The notes beneath the pieces were generated by a model that had not been told where the DNA came from, made no database searches, and was given only the letters and a program-made list of their open reading frames with translations. The position numbers and the translations under genes are program-made. From positions 364,188,001 through 364,252,000 of the forward strand of contig OZ024742.1 of assembly GCA_964016885.1 (NCBI GenBank): DNA of 64,000 bases, in the 5' to 3' direction. Within the stretch, counting starts at the first letter, position 1. Each line of letters begins with the position of its first letter. The stretch comes from Eledone cirrhosa (Eukaryota). Shown piece by piece: positions 1-17,355 of this stretch.

Positions 1-590
1 CACTAAGTTTAGGATATCAACCAAATCTTATCCTAGCCCGTCAGCATTCATTTCCTCAATGGCCGTATCTTTGTTCCAGTTATTATTTATTTCAGCATTC
101 AGATCATTGTCTGCTTCGGTTGCTTCCTCCGTTCTCTCAACCTCTTCACCTTCATCTCCCACTGGCCCGTTTGCCTGTCATACGCCACTCTCCATTTCCA
201 ATCTAATCTCTCGGCTGAATTCCTCCAGTTCTAGCTCGCTTATCCACCCATTAGTTCTTATTACCCGAGCCTGCCCGGCCAAATTTTGTTCATCTAATTT
301 AAGTAGACCAATCTCGTTCCATATGCTATACATCCGTTTCGTATAGCCATTTTCTTTGGGGTTACTCTTCAGGTAACATTGCATAACAGTTCTATTCAAT
401 TCTTTCGTCCAGTTGGTTCTGGTTCTTTTCCTTCTTCTTCTTACTCCAACACCAGCAGTATTTGGATGACAGCCAGGTCCCTGCTCTTCTGCTGGGCCAG
501 GGAGCTCCTGCTGGGTGAGAGTCTGTCACATGACATTCCAGTCTCCACTTCACCGTTATACGAACTGTTTATGTTCGACATTTAAACACT
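1..590 (-). mobile_element. 5' end (N-terminal domain) of an R4/Dong-type non-LTR retrotransposon, running off the left edge
   Basis: Minus-strand translation RRRKRTRTNWTKELNRTVMQCYLKSNPKENGYTKRMYSIW...EQNLAGQARVIRTNGWISELELE resembles the N-terminal domain of R4/Dong ORFs; frameshifted, ATG near 581. Confidence 0.65.
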
Positions 591-1488
591 CATATCGAGG
601 ATTAGTGAATGTATGGTTACATTACCACCGGTGATTTCATGACCCCCGTTGATTTGATCACCCCCGGTCATTTTAGCGTGACACTATCACGCTGTAGACG
701 AACATAAATAAACAAACAAACAAACAGGTAAAAACCCCCCAAAATAAGCATAAGTTTCATTGTAATGAAATGTTGAATGTCTGACTTAGTTTTTTTGCTT
801 GTCTGTCTATTAGTTTTTCTTTTCTTCTTTCATTTCTTTACGTCCTTTGTTGCTGCTGTGCTGTTTTGATTTTGATTTTTGATTTTTTGATTTTTTGACC
901 GGGTCATCAAATCAGTCTATTTATATCTATTGATGCCTTCCTCATTTAGTGGGAGCACTATGATGCCTGTCTTAGCAGGAGGCAGTGGGAGACAATAGCG
1001 GCGGCAGCGATGATGAGGCAGTTGTGGTGTTGGTGATGTGCTAGTAGTACTTAGCAGGAGGTAGTGGGAGAGAATAGCGGCAGTAGCGATAATGAGGCAG
1101 TGGTGGTGGTGATGTGATCGTAGTACTGTAGTGATGGTGTTGAAGTTGAAGTAAAATAGAAGTTGAGGTTACTTGACTAGAGTTTTTGGCGTGGTAGTGG
1201 TGATGGTGGCGGTGGTGGTGTTGGTGGTGAAATTATTTGCCTGTCTGTCCACTTAACCATTTTACTGTTTTCCGACTATAACATTTCTGATCCAAAATTA
1301 AATATTAAATATTCGGGCCCTATGCCATAATGTGATGCGTTGTCGATTGCTGAGGGTCAACAACTGTAATCTTATATTTCATTTGTAATAATAATTATTC
1401 TATCACAGTTGTTTTAAATAAGTAAAAATCAAAAACTGACGGGAGCGATTCCATAACGATATATATCCACCATTTACGTTTTCTTCCC

Positions 1489-1538
<50 letters not shown>
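1489..1538. repeat. (ATT)n microsatellite at the 3' end of the Dong element
   Basis: Perfect TTA repeats directly adjoining the 3' UTR of the element; Dong-type elements are known to target (TAA)n. Confidence 0.95.
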
Positions 1539-1539
<1 letters not shown>

Positions 1540-4500
1540 AGTTGCATTGATCTTGCTTTATGTTCATACGAGTTATCACCAAGACACAACCAGTGACCTC
1601 AAGAGACAACAAGGTCCGCCATGTTCAAGAAAGAACATACATACTCACACATGCATCTTTAGGTGTTTAGACTTGTGATGTACTTATATTGACAGAATCT
1701 TCCTTAGTATATGGGCAGTTCCCATTAGTACTATCTTTCGTATTTCTCCTTACGCGGGTTTCCTGGGATTTGCGATAAGTAATCATTAGACCCCTTAGGT
1801 ATCATTCCCAGAGCGCCTACAACCACTGGTATTGTTTTAGTTCTCAATTTCCACATTTTTCCAATTTCTATCTCCAGGTCCTTATACTTGCTCAATTTTT
1901 CAAATGTTTTTATAGATACATTCTTGTCTATTGGAACAGACATATCAATTAGCAGGCATACCCTCTTTTTAAAGTCCTTCAATATTATATCAGGTCAATT
2001 TGCATCTATTTTTCGGTCTGTTTGGATAATAAAGTTCCACAAGATTGAGATGTGATCTTTTTCAAGTATGGGAGGTGGTTGATGCTCCCACCAATTCTTT
2101 TGATGGGGCAGGTCAAAATGCTTACACATTATCCAATGTATGTATTGTGCAGCTCTGTCATGCCTGTTTAGGTATTCGGTTGGAGCTATAGGACTGCACA
2201 TTGAAATTATATGGTCAATGGTCTCTGGTTGTTTTTTGCATACACGGCATAATGGGCTGCATCCATTTTTTATTATGTTGGCTTGGTAATTTTTGTTGGC
2301 AGACACTGATCTTGTGCTGATATAATCAGTCCTTCAGTCTCCGATTTCCGTCCAGAGGATGCCAACCACTGATGGGTTAAAGTTTTGTCAACATCAGGAT
2401 TGTTAACTCGCTCTGGGTATTTTCCATACAGAGGCTTTTCTTGCCATTTCTTAGCCAGTTTCTGTAGCAGTTCTTTCTTTGCAGTTACTTTTACCTGCTT
2501 TGCTTTTTCTGTGCTTTCGATTTCAGCAGTAAATGGGACTTCTGAAATTTGTAGTCCATTACTGTATCTTTGTGCATCTTTTGTAATGGAATATGATCTT
2601 TTGATGCTTTCGTGTTTCAAAACGAGTTTGATCATCCAATCATGTGATTCCCTTAGATATGTTGATAATCAAATTGTTGCAGTTTTCAACGCAATGTCTA
2701 ACTGGACTAACCCACGTCCTCGTTCTTTCCTAGGGAGATATATTCTATCTATATCTTCCTTAGGGTGATGCATTCTGTGCATGGTTAAGAATTTTCGAAT
2801 TTTTCTATCCAGCCTACGGATCTCTGTATTTGACCAGTTGATGACATTGTAACTGTAAGTTACTACTGGTATGGCAAGCGTGTTTATGGCATCGATCCTA
2901 TTCCTTGCATTCAATTCCGTTCTTAAGATTGCTCTAACTCTGCGGTAACATTCCTTCCTTATCCTTTCCCTCATTGTCGAGTGCTTGATTCCGTCTCCTT
3001 CACAAACACCTAGATATTTGTAAGTTTTTTCTTGATCAAGTTCTCTTATCACGTTCCCCCGATCAAGATTAATGTCTGAACTCTTCAGCAGCTTTCCTCT
3101 GGTTAACGTTGCTTTGGCGCATTTATCTAGTCCAAACTCCATTTTAATGTCATCACTGAACTGCTCCACAGTGGATAATAGCCCTTGCAATTGTTCATCA
3201 TTTTATTGCAAATAGTTTCAGGTCATCCATGTAGAACAAGTGATTAATGGTTTTGTCATAGACTCTATATCCATGTTTTGTTTCATTGAGCATTTTACTT
3301 AATGGTATAAGTACGATGCGGAATAAAAGCGGTGATAAAGAGTCACCCTGAAAAATTCCACAATTAATATTAACTTCTCCAGCTTCCATTGATTTTGTTT
3401 CACTATTCAAAAGGAGTGTCGTTTTCCATGTCTTCATACTGAATGACAAAAACCTCCTGACAACGGGGGATATTTTGAAAATCTCTAAACATTATTCAAT
3501 CCAACTGTGTGGCAAACTATCGAAAGCATTTTTATAATCTATCCAAGCAATGGATAGATTTTTGTGTCTATTATGACAATCTTCCAGTATCATTTTGTTA
3601 ACCAAAAGCTGATCCTTACAGCCATATGAGCCTCGTTTACACCCTTTCTGCTCAATGGGAAATAGGTCATTTGTTATCAGGTGGTCATATGTATATTCAG
3701 TTAGGACTGATGTTAACATTTTATACATTGTTATCGGTCTGTAATTTTGGGGATTGTTTGTCTCATCATTCTTCGGAAGCAGGAATGTAATGCCGTTAAC
3801 TAGCCATGATGGTATATTTTCTGGCTCCTTAACTATTTCATCGTAAAGTTGGGCTAACAACTCATGAGACTCTGTGAAGGCATTTATCCAAAAATTTTGT
3901 ATTTTGTCTTTTCCTGGGGATTTCCATTTGCTGGTTTTTCTTAGAGCCAAGCGCAACTGTTCAACTGTTATATTTTCCCATATTTGTTCTTCAAGGTGAG
4001 CTGTATCTTTCATTTGTCTGTCTAGCCATGGGGCATGTATGTTATGAACCTTTTCTTCGGCCCAGATCTTTTCCCAGAATTCTTGCACTTCCTCCTTGGG
4101 TGGTATTGATTTAGCAGTTATTGTTGACTTACCAATCTTTCTGTAGAAGTTTCTTTGGTTGTTTTTGAACATATTATTTTCCTTAGAGAATCTAGATAGT
4201 TTTTCAAAGCGCCTTATACGAGCAGCTTTAGCCGACACTTTTTGCTTGATTATTTCTATCAGCATGTCTATTTCACTTGTTGGTTTTATACTGTACTTTC
4301 TTTTCAATTTTCTAAGTTTAGTTTGTTTAACATGTTCACCTACTTTATAGTTTGTTAACATTTCTATGTCAGATCGGAGAAGGTTTATTTGCCGATTGAT
4401 GTTCTCTTGCCAAGTAGATTTCTTGTGGGAATTCCTTTGTTTTTTTATCTTCACTCCACATAAGTGAGTGGTGACTTTAGCCGATGCATAATAGAGAAGA

Positions 4501-4800
4501 TTTAAATCAGTAATGTTTAGTTTGTTTATGATGATAATGTTTTTGAGAATTATGTTAGTCTTGTGTATTATCTTTTGGTTCTGTTTGGAGTTCTGGATCT
4601 TAGGGAGGGTGTCTCGTTGCCCCATGTCAGATTCTTTCATTTTCATCCATTCGATCATAATTTCATCCTTCAAGTTGGCAACTTCATTCTCATTCATTTC
4701 TTTATCATTTACGATCTCATTATTTTCATTTGGAGTTTCATCTTGAGCATGCACTCCCTCCACTTTTTCGATCCTTTCTTTAATTTGTTCTGTTGCCAGT
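1539..4800 (-). mobile_element. R4/Dong-clade non-LTR retrotransposon (RT plus restriction-like endonuclease), 5'-truncated and frameshifted
   Basis: ORF fragments 3492-4763 (KSPGKD, NYRPIT, EQKGCKRG, AWIDYKNAFDS), 3198-3449 (GIFQGDSLSPLLF, HLFYMDDLKL), 2669-3190, 2273-2635, 1995-2306 (CRVCKKQPETIDHIISMC zinc knuckle, RHD), *PDII and 1731-1982 (REL domain); ends GTAHILRKILSI* at 1684. Confidence 0.93.
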
Positions 4801-5659
4801 GATTCCGCCCCAACGCTGGGGTTCGAAGTGTTACAATTTACCTCGTTTGTCGGTGGTGGTGCTGGGGCTTTTTATATTGTTGGTGAGGAAGGGGGGAGCC
4901 AGCAGTGCCATAGTCGATGACGTTTGGCCGGTGGCCAGGTCACTAAGTCAATCTATTTATATATTTTGCTAGCCTCTCCCTTGTCTAGTGATACCGCCAC
5001 GTTCCCCTTTCTTAAGTTAACAGGGGAATAGTGGTGGTAGCAATGAAGGAGTGGTGGCGGCGGTGATGGGATAGTGGTAGCAATGATGGATGGTGTGGTG
5101 GCGGCGGTGGCGTCGGCGTTACTGAGTTTTATTGAATGGACTAGTTTTTTTGATATGTAGTATCTATGCGTTTGTGTCGCGTATGTTTAATATATGTGTT
5201 GAATAGACTAGTTTTGTTTCATCTGTAGTATCTATGCCTTTGTGTCGCGTATGTTTAATATATGCGTTGAGATATTCCCGTAAAATTGGAATTAAACATT
5301 ATGATGCTGGGATTGGTGGTGGTGGTGGTGAAATTGCCGTTATCTGGCTGTTATATTTAGTGTACACAGAAGGGTGATGGGGTAGGTGGTGTATCACGTT
5401 TCTGGTGTTGGTGAAATTGCTGTTATTTGGCTGTTCTATATAGTGTAGACAGAGGGCGTTTTCTTCCATTTATAACCATTTTCTTTTTTGAATATAAAAT
5501 ATATAATACAAAATTGAATATTTGAGCGATATAACAATATATTATGGATCCTAATTTTTATAAGACTTGATTCGGTGATTTATGCATCATTTGTACTAAG
5601 AATTGTTATTTCACAATTGATTTAAATATGTTAAAAATCAAAAACTTACGGGAGCGATT

Positions 5660-10027
<4,368 letters not shown>

Positions 10028-10249
10028 ATATAGACCGAGATCTTTGGCGATACACAGTAATACAGAAGACCCGCCTTGCCTAAGTACAAAGCGAAACCTA
10101 CCGTCAGTAGGCACCTCTAACAAAAATACACTCCTGTCTCACTACCCCCACCCCATCCACACCACCCCTTCAATGTGAAGTTATGTTGGTACCACAACAT
10201 CCAGTCCGAAACAAATGAGGTCGTGTAGGTGTCACGACAAAAAAACACA

Positions 10250-10466
10250 CAGTCCACGCTGTAATGTGGCCGTGTAGGTAACACGGTAAAAACCTCCCAG
10301 TCCACACTGTAAACGTGGTTGGTGTTAGGAAGGGCATCCAGCCGTAGAAAACCCGCCAGACAGTCCTATACGAGCAGGACAACCAATCTTGCCTCAAGTG
10401 GGAAAACTCCCGTCCAAACCCATGCAAGCGTGGAAGATGGACGTTAAACGATGATGATGATGATGA

Positions 10467-10470
<4 letters not shown>
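10250..10470 (+). mobile_element. SINE/LINE-derived 3' region ending in (GAT)n
   Basis: GGTTGGTGTTAGGAAGGGCATCCAGCCGTAGAAA...GGACGTTAAACGATGATGAT tail; related copy at 23148-23407. Confidence 0.7.
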
Positions 10471-10524
<54 letters not shown>

Positions 10525-10528
<4 letters not shown>

Positions 10529-11365
10529 CGAGAGACGGTTTTATTCGTACATCTTCATATTATTATCTAATTCATTATACGAATTTCAAAGATACAAAGG
10601 TAGTTATATAATAATCATTTCACAAGTTTTCTTCAGATGAATTCAGATGTGTTTTTCTATCGATAGATATGCTACTGGTTTAATGTGTCGTTAACCTCTC
10701 TGTTCAGTACTCATATGAATCGATTCCTATTGTTACAGTTCAAGAGTGGGATACATTATTGTTGGTGATTGAAAGCTGGCGGGGGTATCATCTTACCAGA
10801 GATGTCATTTGTTTCTTAGAATGACTTGAACGTACTGTTATCTTTTATTTATTTTTAGACTTAATTTTATATACTTAGATTCCAACTGTAGGTATTAATA
10901 ATTTGACAGTGAGAATGTATCTATATAGTTATGTAGTTGTATCTATATAGTTATGCATAGTCTACTAATTAGTTAATGGTCGGTTTCATATTACTAATGG
11001 AAGTTTTAATTATATATTCTTCGAAAGCATGTATTGAATATGTCGGAGTGTTCAGTAATAATTTAGTGCCTACTATTTATGGTATGTTATGTCTCAGTAG
11101 TACAGGTCACACCCAAGTACTTATAGACCCGTTTATATAAGGAAAAAAATATGAAAGTTTTGCCTAAGAAAGATAGTATTGTACCTGGAGTGGCGATGGT
11201 TATACCATCTTTCATTAAAGCTTGTAGAGGTTGCACCAATATATCTATCTTTTATTATTTGTTTTTACTCTACATTCAGATCAATGTTTCGATCTAAATA
11301 ATTGTTTTGCATAAGCTGTTAGGGAGTCTGCAATTACAATTAGTCTAGTTACTGCTAATTGTTCC
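10525..11365 (-). mobile_element. Highly decayed 3' remnant of a Penelope-like element (GIY-YIG region plus 3' UTR)
   Basis: Frameshifted minus-strand peptides NCNCRLPN, ECRVKTNN and RYIGATSTSFNERWYNHRHS (about 11190-11345) parallel the GIY-YIG domains at 14010 and 20754. Confidence 0.6.
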
Positions 11366-11478
11366 TATATACAGTGAGTCCCCAATTTACGAACGTTCCA
11401 AGAGCGTGCTATTTCGTTGATTTGTTCCTAGGTTAAGCATCTAACACAGTAGGTACCATTAAGACCATATATGTTACA

Positions 11479-12375
11479 CTAGCAGTAAAGCCCGGCGTTG
11501 CTCGGGGTCGCTCAGTAGCTGTGTTAAAGTTACAATGTTAAGTTTCTTTCTTGGCTTAAAAACTGTAGTGTCTACTGTGCAGACTTGCATGTGGTGTTTT
11601 TGATTAATATTCCCTCAACCAACAATATGCCTTATGAAGTTAAGAAAACATAACGATAACCCGAATGTTATAACAAAAGAGGATGCTGGGGATAGAAACT
11701 GCACTGGTTATTTATTAACAAAGATCGAAAATGTAAACACTGCAACGCAGAGAAAAACATTAGCGTAACCAAATTATCAGTTATGTCTGTCTGCACGCCT
11801 ATATCACCTATCTGCACGACTGTCTGTCTGCACGCCTATATCACCTCTCTGCACGACTGTCTGTCTGCACGCCTATATCACCTCTCTGCACGACTGTCTG
11901 TCTGCACGCCTATATCACCTCTCTGCACGACTGTCTGTCTGCACGCCTAACGACGAAATATTTGCTTGTTTTACGTAGTCTTTAAATAGACTTGTTTTCA
12001 AGTAAAAATATTGTTTTAAAATGCTTTTAAATGGAAATGAAGCAAAACGGAAACTTAGTGTTCGAACTGATGAATTTTGCAGGTCAATATTTTGCTGGCT
12101 CGAAAACTGAGAAAGCCAGCGTAATTTTTTACGTAAGACGCTCAATGTAAACAGAACAAAGGGAAATAACTGATAACTTACGCTCAAAAATCGATACATT
12201 ATATTCGATTTCGTCACATAGGGTGGGTCAATTTGAAATTTTTTTTTCCGATGTCTTCGCTAGGGCTCAATGTACAAGTATAGCAATTTTGGTTCAATTC
12301 CGTGAGAGATTCTAAGAGGAGATGTGTGCCAAAAATCGATAGACAGACAGACAACCACAGTTTTATATATATAGA
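11479..12375 (-). mobile_element. Non-autonomous Helitron
   Basis: Minus strand: A|TCTATATATATAAAAC at the 5' end, subterminal hairpin CCCGAGCAACGCCGGG and 3' CTAG|T; insertion between A and T, no TSD. Confidence 0.85.
11785..11949. repeat. 37-bp minisatellite (~4.5 copies) inside the Helitron
   Basis: Unit CTGTCTGTCTGCACGCCTATATCACCTCTCTGCACGA in tandem. Confidence 0.92.
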
Positions 12376-12816
12376 TTGATACTGCATGTTTCTACATGAA
12401 TGATATATATATACAGCATATGGAGGTATATATATAAATAGAGTATATGAAGGTATATATAACATGTAATACAGTGATATATATATATACAATATATGGA
12501 GGTATATATTACATGTAATATAGAGGTATATATAATATATATATAAATATATATATATAAATATATATATATCAAGATAAGCAGAACAAGTAAAATTCAA
12601 CTAATTTTTCAAAATAAATCAAAATTAATATACAATTAAAATTAATCAAAATTAAAAAATATAATATAAATATTTACCTATTCACATATATATATATATA
12701 TAAGTATGTACACGTACTTATATTTAAGTAACAGCCGTACTAAGAGTGGGAAATGAAATATCGTTTCATTTTTTCCGTTTATATATATATATAGAGGTAT
12801 ATATAATATATATATA

Positions 12817-12896
<80 letters not shown>

Positions 12897-12968
12897 TATG
12901 TACACGTACTTATATTTAAGTAACAGCCGTACTAAGAGTGGGAAATGAAATATCGTTTCATTTTTTAC

Positions 12969-13021
<53 letters not shown>

Positions 13022-13029
<8 letters not shown>

Positions 13030-16000
13030 TAACAGATTAAAGTTTAAGCAAAGAATCGCTGCTTTCACCCTTAACAGGATCTTCTGAAACTAACAAAGTC
13101 AATCTGTAAACGCAGAAGTGGATATTTCAAAAAACGTTGCAACGGGAGGAAGACAGGAAGACGATACTTTGGTTCATGGAAACGTTCCCTGGCAAAGAAC
13201 GGGAAAAAACGAATATAATACGTCATTATTTGGAGCGGTGAAAAACAATTACGCGCAAATACGGAACCACGTTTATGGTATAAAAGAGGTCGTATACTAA
13301 TGTTCTCTTAGGTAGTTCATAGAGACGTTCTCTGGCAATGAACGAAAAAAAACGAAGATAATACGTCATATGTGGATCGTGGAGAACAATTGCACGCAAA
13401 GACAAAACCACGTAAATGGTATAGCTGAAGTCGTAGACTAAAATTCTAACTATGAGACCGAATGAATCTCCGTTTCAGAGTTAAGAACAAAGTAGATAAA
13501 TACAATACAGAGGTAATAGGAATTAAATAAATACATACACGTATACAAATACGTACATACACAAGCATACGCGAAAACACTTACCATAGGTATACAAAAC
13601 CGCGCACATATATATATTTGTGTGAGTGTATGCGTGTATACAAATAAATAAATAATTAAATAAACGTATATAAATAAATAAATACGTATATAACAAGCGC
13701 ACACACATGCCTACATGTAACTACACAAATGTTCGGAGACGTAAGTCAACCACAACACCTACATACGTACGAACCTGCAATCTCACACATACGCAAAACA
13801 CCCGTATACACATAACCAAACCATATGTACCAGAAAATATAAAATTATATGCCATAACATATACAATCAAATATACGTACGGGAAGGTATACGTACCTTC
13901 ACAAAACATACAGGTAATATATACTTACCTATGCAAATAAGTAATGGTATAAACAAAACATATACTTAGCTACCACATCAAGACGTAATATATACACGTA
14001 TAGATTGTACTATCCGTTAGGGTATAACGTGGGGCTGTAATACAGGAAAGTTTTGTGCAATTTATATTTACAAGCCGAAATTGCCTCAGATTTTTTGTTT
14101 AAGATGTGATCTGTGGCGTAGAGTATTTCCAGAGCCTCAGCGGCGCAGAGGTCACATGGTCTTTTATTTCCGTTATACGATCTAGCCCTAGCTAGGATCT
14201 CCCAGTGTAACTTATATTGGGTGTGGTTGTCTTTTAGACTCCAGATATAAGCTGAAAGTGACGTCATATTCCTTCTTAGAGGGTATAGAAAAGAATGGGT
14301 ATGCATGTAAAGACGCTGCTTGAATCTATTGGCGGTTAACCCTATGTAGGCCCTACGGGACGTGGGTGTTTCAACCTTACATTTGTAGACAATGTTACTA
14401 GAGAGGCATTTCCCGGATAGGGGCAATCAATCCGATTCCTACAATTACAGTTAGTACTAACTACAGGGTTGCACGTGTTCCTACGGCTAGGTAGTTTAGC
14501 TAAATTTGAAGCTGCGATGTTATGTGCAAAGTTAGGAGTCGTAGAGTAAGACATTTTAATGGTATTTCTATTAAAAATGTTACTATGTTTATGTGTAGGG
14601 GGAAAATGCTTCGTAATAAGGGAAAGAAAGATCTTAGCTAATGGTGTGGCCACCTCCATATTATATGGTGCGTTATACCAACAAATGCGACGGGATCTAT
14701 TTCTTCTAGGTCTATTTTCGTACCCTGCATATGCTACCTTATCGACAAATCCACTCCGAGCAAGAACTTCATTGTAATAAGTGGAATGGTCGTTGAAAAT
14801 ATGCTCGTTAGTAGATAGACGGGAAAGCCTCAACGAAACGTTTCTTACCAGGTTCTTGGTTATGCTGGCAGGATGGTTGGAATGCTTACTTATGTAATTA
14901 AGCGTATCATTCGGCTTTCTATACGGGTAATACAACCCGTTCAATAAATTGAGGGTAACGTCGAGGTAATTAACGACTGAGATATTGGCCTCAACCTGTA
15001 TAGAGAGGCTGAAGCCTTTAAAGAAGGCTGTGAGTTCTTTTCTGAACCTGTCGCAAGCACGAGGTCCGCACTTAGTCATGGTCAAAAGACCATCATCACA
15101 GTATAAACCACCGCCCGCGTTGGGGAATTCGTCCTTGATAGAGAAAAGAAGGAAAGGGCCGATAAGATCAGTAACCTCCGCAGAATCGCTGGCGCCCATA
15201 CTCACGTCGAATGGGGTACTATTGGATTTTTTAATCCAAATAGAGTCGTCGAAATTAATCACCGACTTACGGGCATTGAGGATGACATCAACTTCGAAAT
15301 CCTTAACCACTGTGAGTGTTTTAGCGAAATTAATAGCTCTAAGGAGAAGTGGTAAAGTGATGGAGGAGTAGTAATTGTTGATGTCGAATTGGATAAAGCG
15401 GCAATGTTCCTTGTTACATATGCCGTTGAACAAATCAATCACCGCGAAAGAATTGTTCAATAGTGCAAGAGGGGCCAAACTTCTAATTTCATGTATAATT
15501 CTTTCAAGAATCGTTTTACTAAGTCTACCTAAATCGGACTTCGTAGGGTTAATAAGCCGAATAGAGGGGTTGTTCGGAAAATTGGATTTGTGATCCTTCA
15601 GGGTAAAGTGGGGAGAAATAGGGTCCAGAGATTCGGTCCGGTCCAGGATGTTGAGATCAGATGTGATTTTCAACCCAGCATCGTTGATTTCATTGATGAC
15701 GCACCGATTAGTTTTACGGTAATCCTTAGTTACAGCATTATGTAGTAGCTGATGGTAAGTACTGCGCTCAACTTGATATAGGTTGCCAGTTTTGTCGGAA
15801 TGGACGTGCACGGCATTAGAATCCTGAATAGAACGAATTCTATTCTTCAGGTCCTGCTGGAAGGAATTGTTCCTATTCCGAAATTTGATACTCCGTATGA
15901 GTTCCAAGACATCATTTTCGAAGGGTAGCAATGCTGGGTTACACGGGGGGTTATTATAGGTTTTACCCAAAATGTATCCTGTTTGTTGTCTGCTTTTCGC

Positions 16001-16282
16001 GGATTATCGAAATAAAAGGCACGCCAACGCAACCTTTAAATGAACGCGTCTGTTTTCTGTATCAGGAGTTTTAGGCATGTTTTCCTGCTTGGTACGGGTA
16101 TGTTCTTTGTAGAAATATTCAGATGTTGTTTCTGCATGATGAATATAAGTCAATAGAGTGCTCATTGCTTAAACTTTAATCTGTTATTTTAATAAATATT
16201 TGCTCTACGGTTCTTATATATTTGATATATTTTTATCCTTATCGAGCCCTCTTTGGATTCTAGTCTTCAAATTTATTATTAT

Positions 16283-16290
<8 letters not shown>
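13022..16290 (-). mobile_element. Penelope-like element (RT + C-terminal GIY-YIG), frameshifted, with 3' pLTR and inverted 5' pLTR fragment
   Basis: RT 14342-15970 (QFDINNYYSSI, VSMGASDSAEVTDLIG, GLYCDDGL, YLDVTL), CNCR linker, GIY-YIG 14010-14426 (NIVYKC..YIGLTANRFKQR). Segment 16165-16195 is the inverse of 13022-13050. Possibly the Hydra PLE clade (inference). Confidence 0.9.
13041..13091 (-). ncRNA. Type I hammerhead-like motif in the PLE pLTR, core variant CAGAAGA
   Basis: AGTTT-CAGAAGA-tcct gtta aggg t-GAAA-GCA gcgattctt TGC-TT-AAACT: stems I, II and III pair; U4 is replaced by A. Confidence 0.6.
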
Positions 16291-16324
<34 letters not shown>

Positions 16325-16747
16325 CTCTATATTATACGGCCATTTGCCGCCTCAAAGAAGGAACGATTCCCAGCAATCTCGACTAAAAAACAATGTTTGC
16401 ACTGCTTCTCTTCAAAAACCATGTTTGTAAATAATATTATTTCCTCTTCCCCATTACCTCCATTACGTCCTCTACCATGTTTAACATCACCTTAATTTCT
16501 GTTCTACATTTTGTACAAACACAAATTCCTCTCCCACTCACACAATTTGAAAATGCATAAAATGCTGAAACCGATAATTGTTAATAAATAAATAAATTAA
16601 TTAATTAATGTTATTGTTAATTAATAAATAAATAAATTAATGTTTTGATCCTTCACAGAAAGTAAAATAATTTGTTTTAAACCTTTTCTAATCCCGGAAA
16701 AATAACGGACAGAAAATATTTTTCTTCCTAATAATCGTCCCCCCCCC

Positions 16748-16786
<39 letters not shown>

Positions 16787-17323
16787 CACTATATGGTGAT
16801 ATATATATATAGCATGTAATATAGAAGTATATATATACAGTATATGGAGGTATAATACATAATGTAATAATTGTTTCTACTTTTAGCCAGCAATTATCTC
16901 AGTACATTACTGGTACTTTATTTTATCGACCCCGTAAGGATGAAAGGCAAAGTTAACATGAAGTTAAATACTATCAATCTAAGGACAATAAATACTTAAA
17001 GAAAAAAAGGACTTTTTCAATTCCGCGGAAGCAGAATAGAATCCCATGTAGGTAGGTATTCGGCTTGTTTTTATGCTGCAAATGAAGGAACCCTTTTCTG
17101 CTGTAAACCAAGAAACCCAGGACCAGAGAGAGTTCACAAAAATAAAAAAAAAACGAATTTCAAAATCAGGCAATTGTTTTTTCTTCGTTGGACTGTTCTT
17201 ATCTGCGGAAGTTCGTTCGTAAGTAGGATGCCCGTAAGGTGGGGACTCAGTCTCTCACTCTCTCTCTCTCTCTTTCTCTCTCCCTCTCTCTGGCTCCCCT
17301 CTCTCTGGCTCCTCTCTCTCTCC

Positions 17324-17355
<32 letters not shown>

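Noticed and set aside
11785-11949. 37-bp repeats of CRISPR-like length
   Set aside because: Contiguous tandem units without spacers, inside a eukaryotic Helitron; no cas genes.
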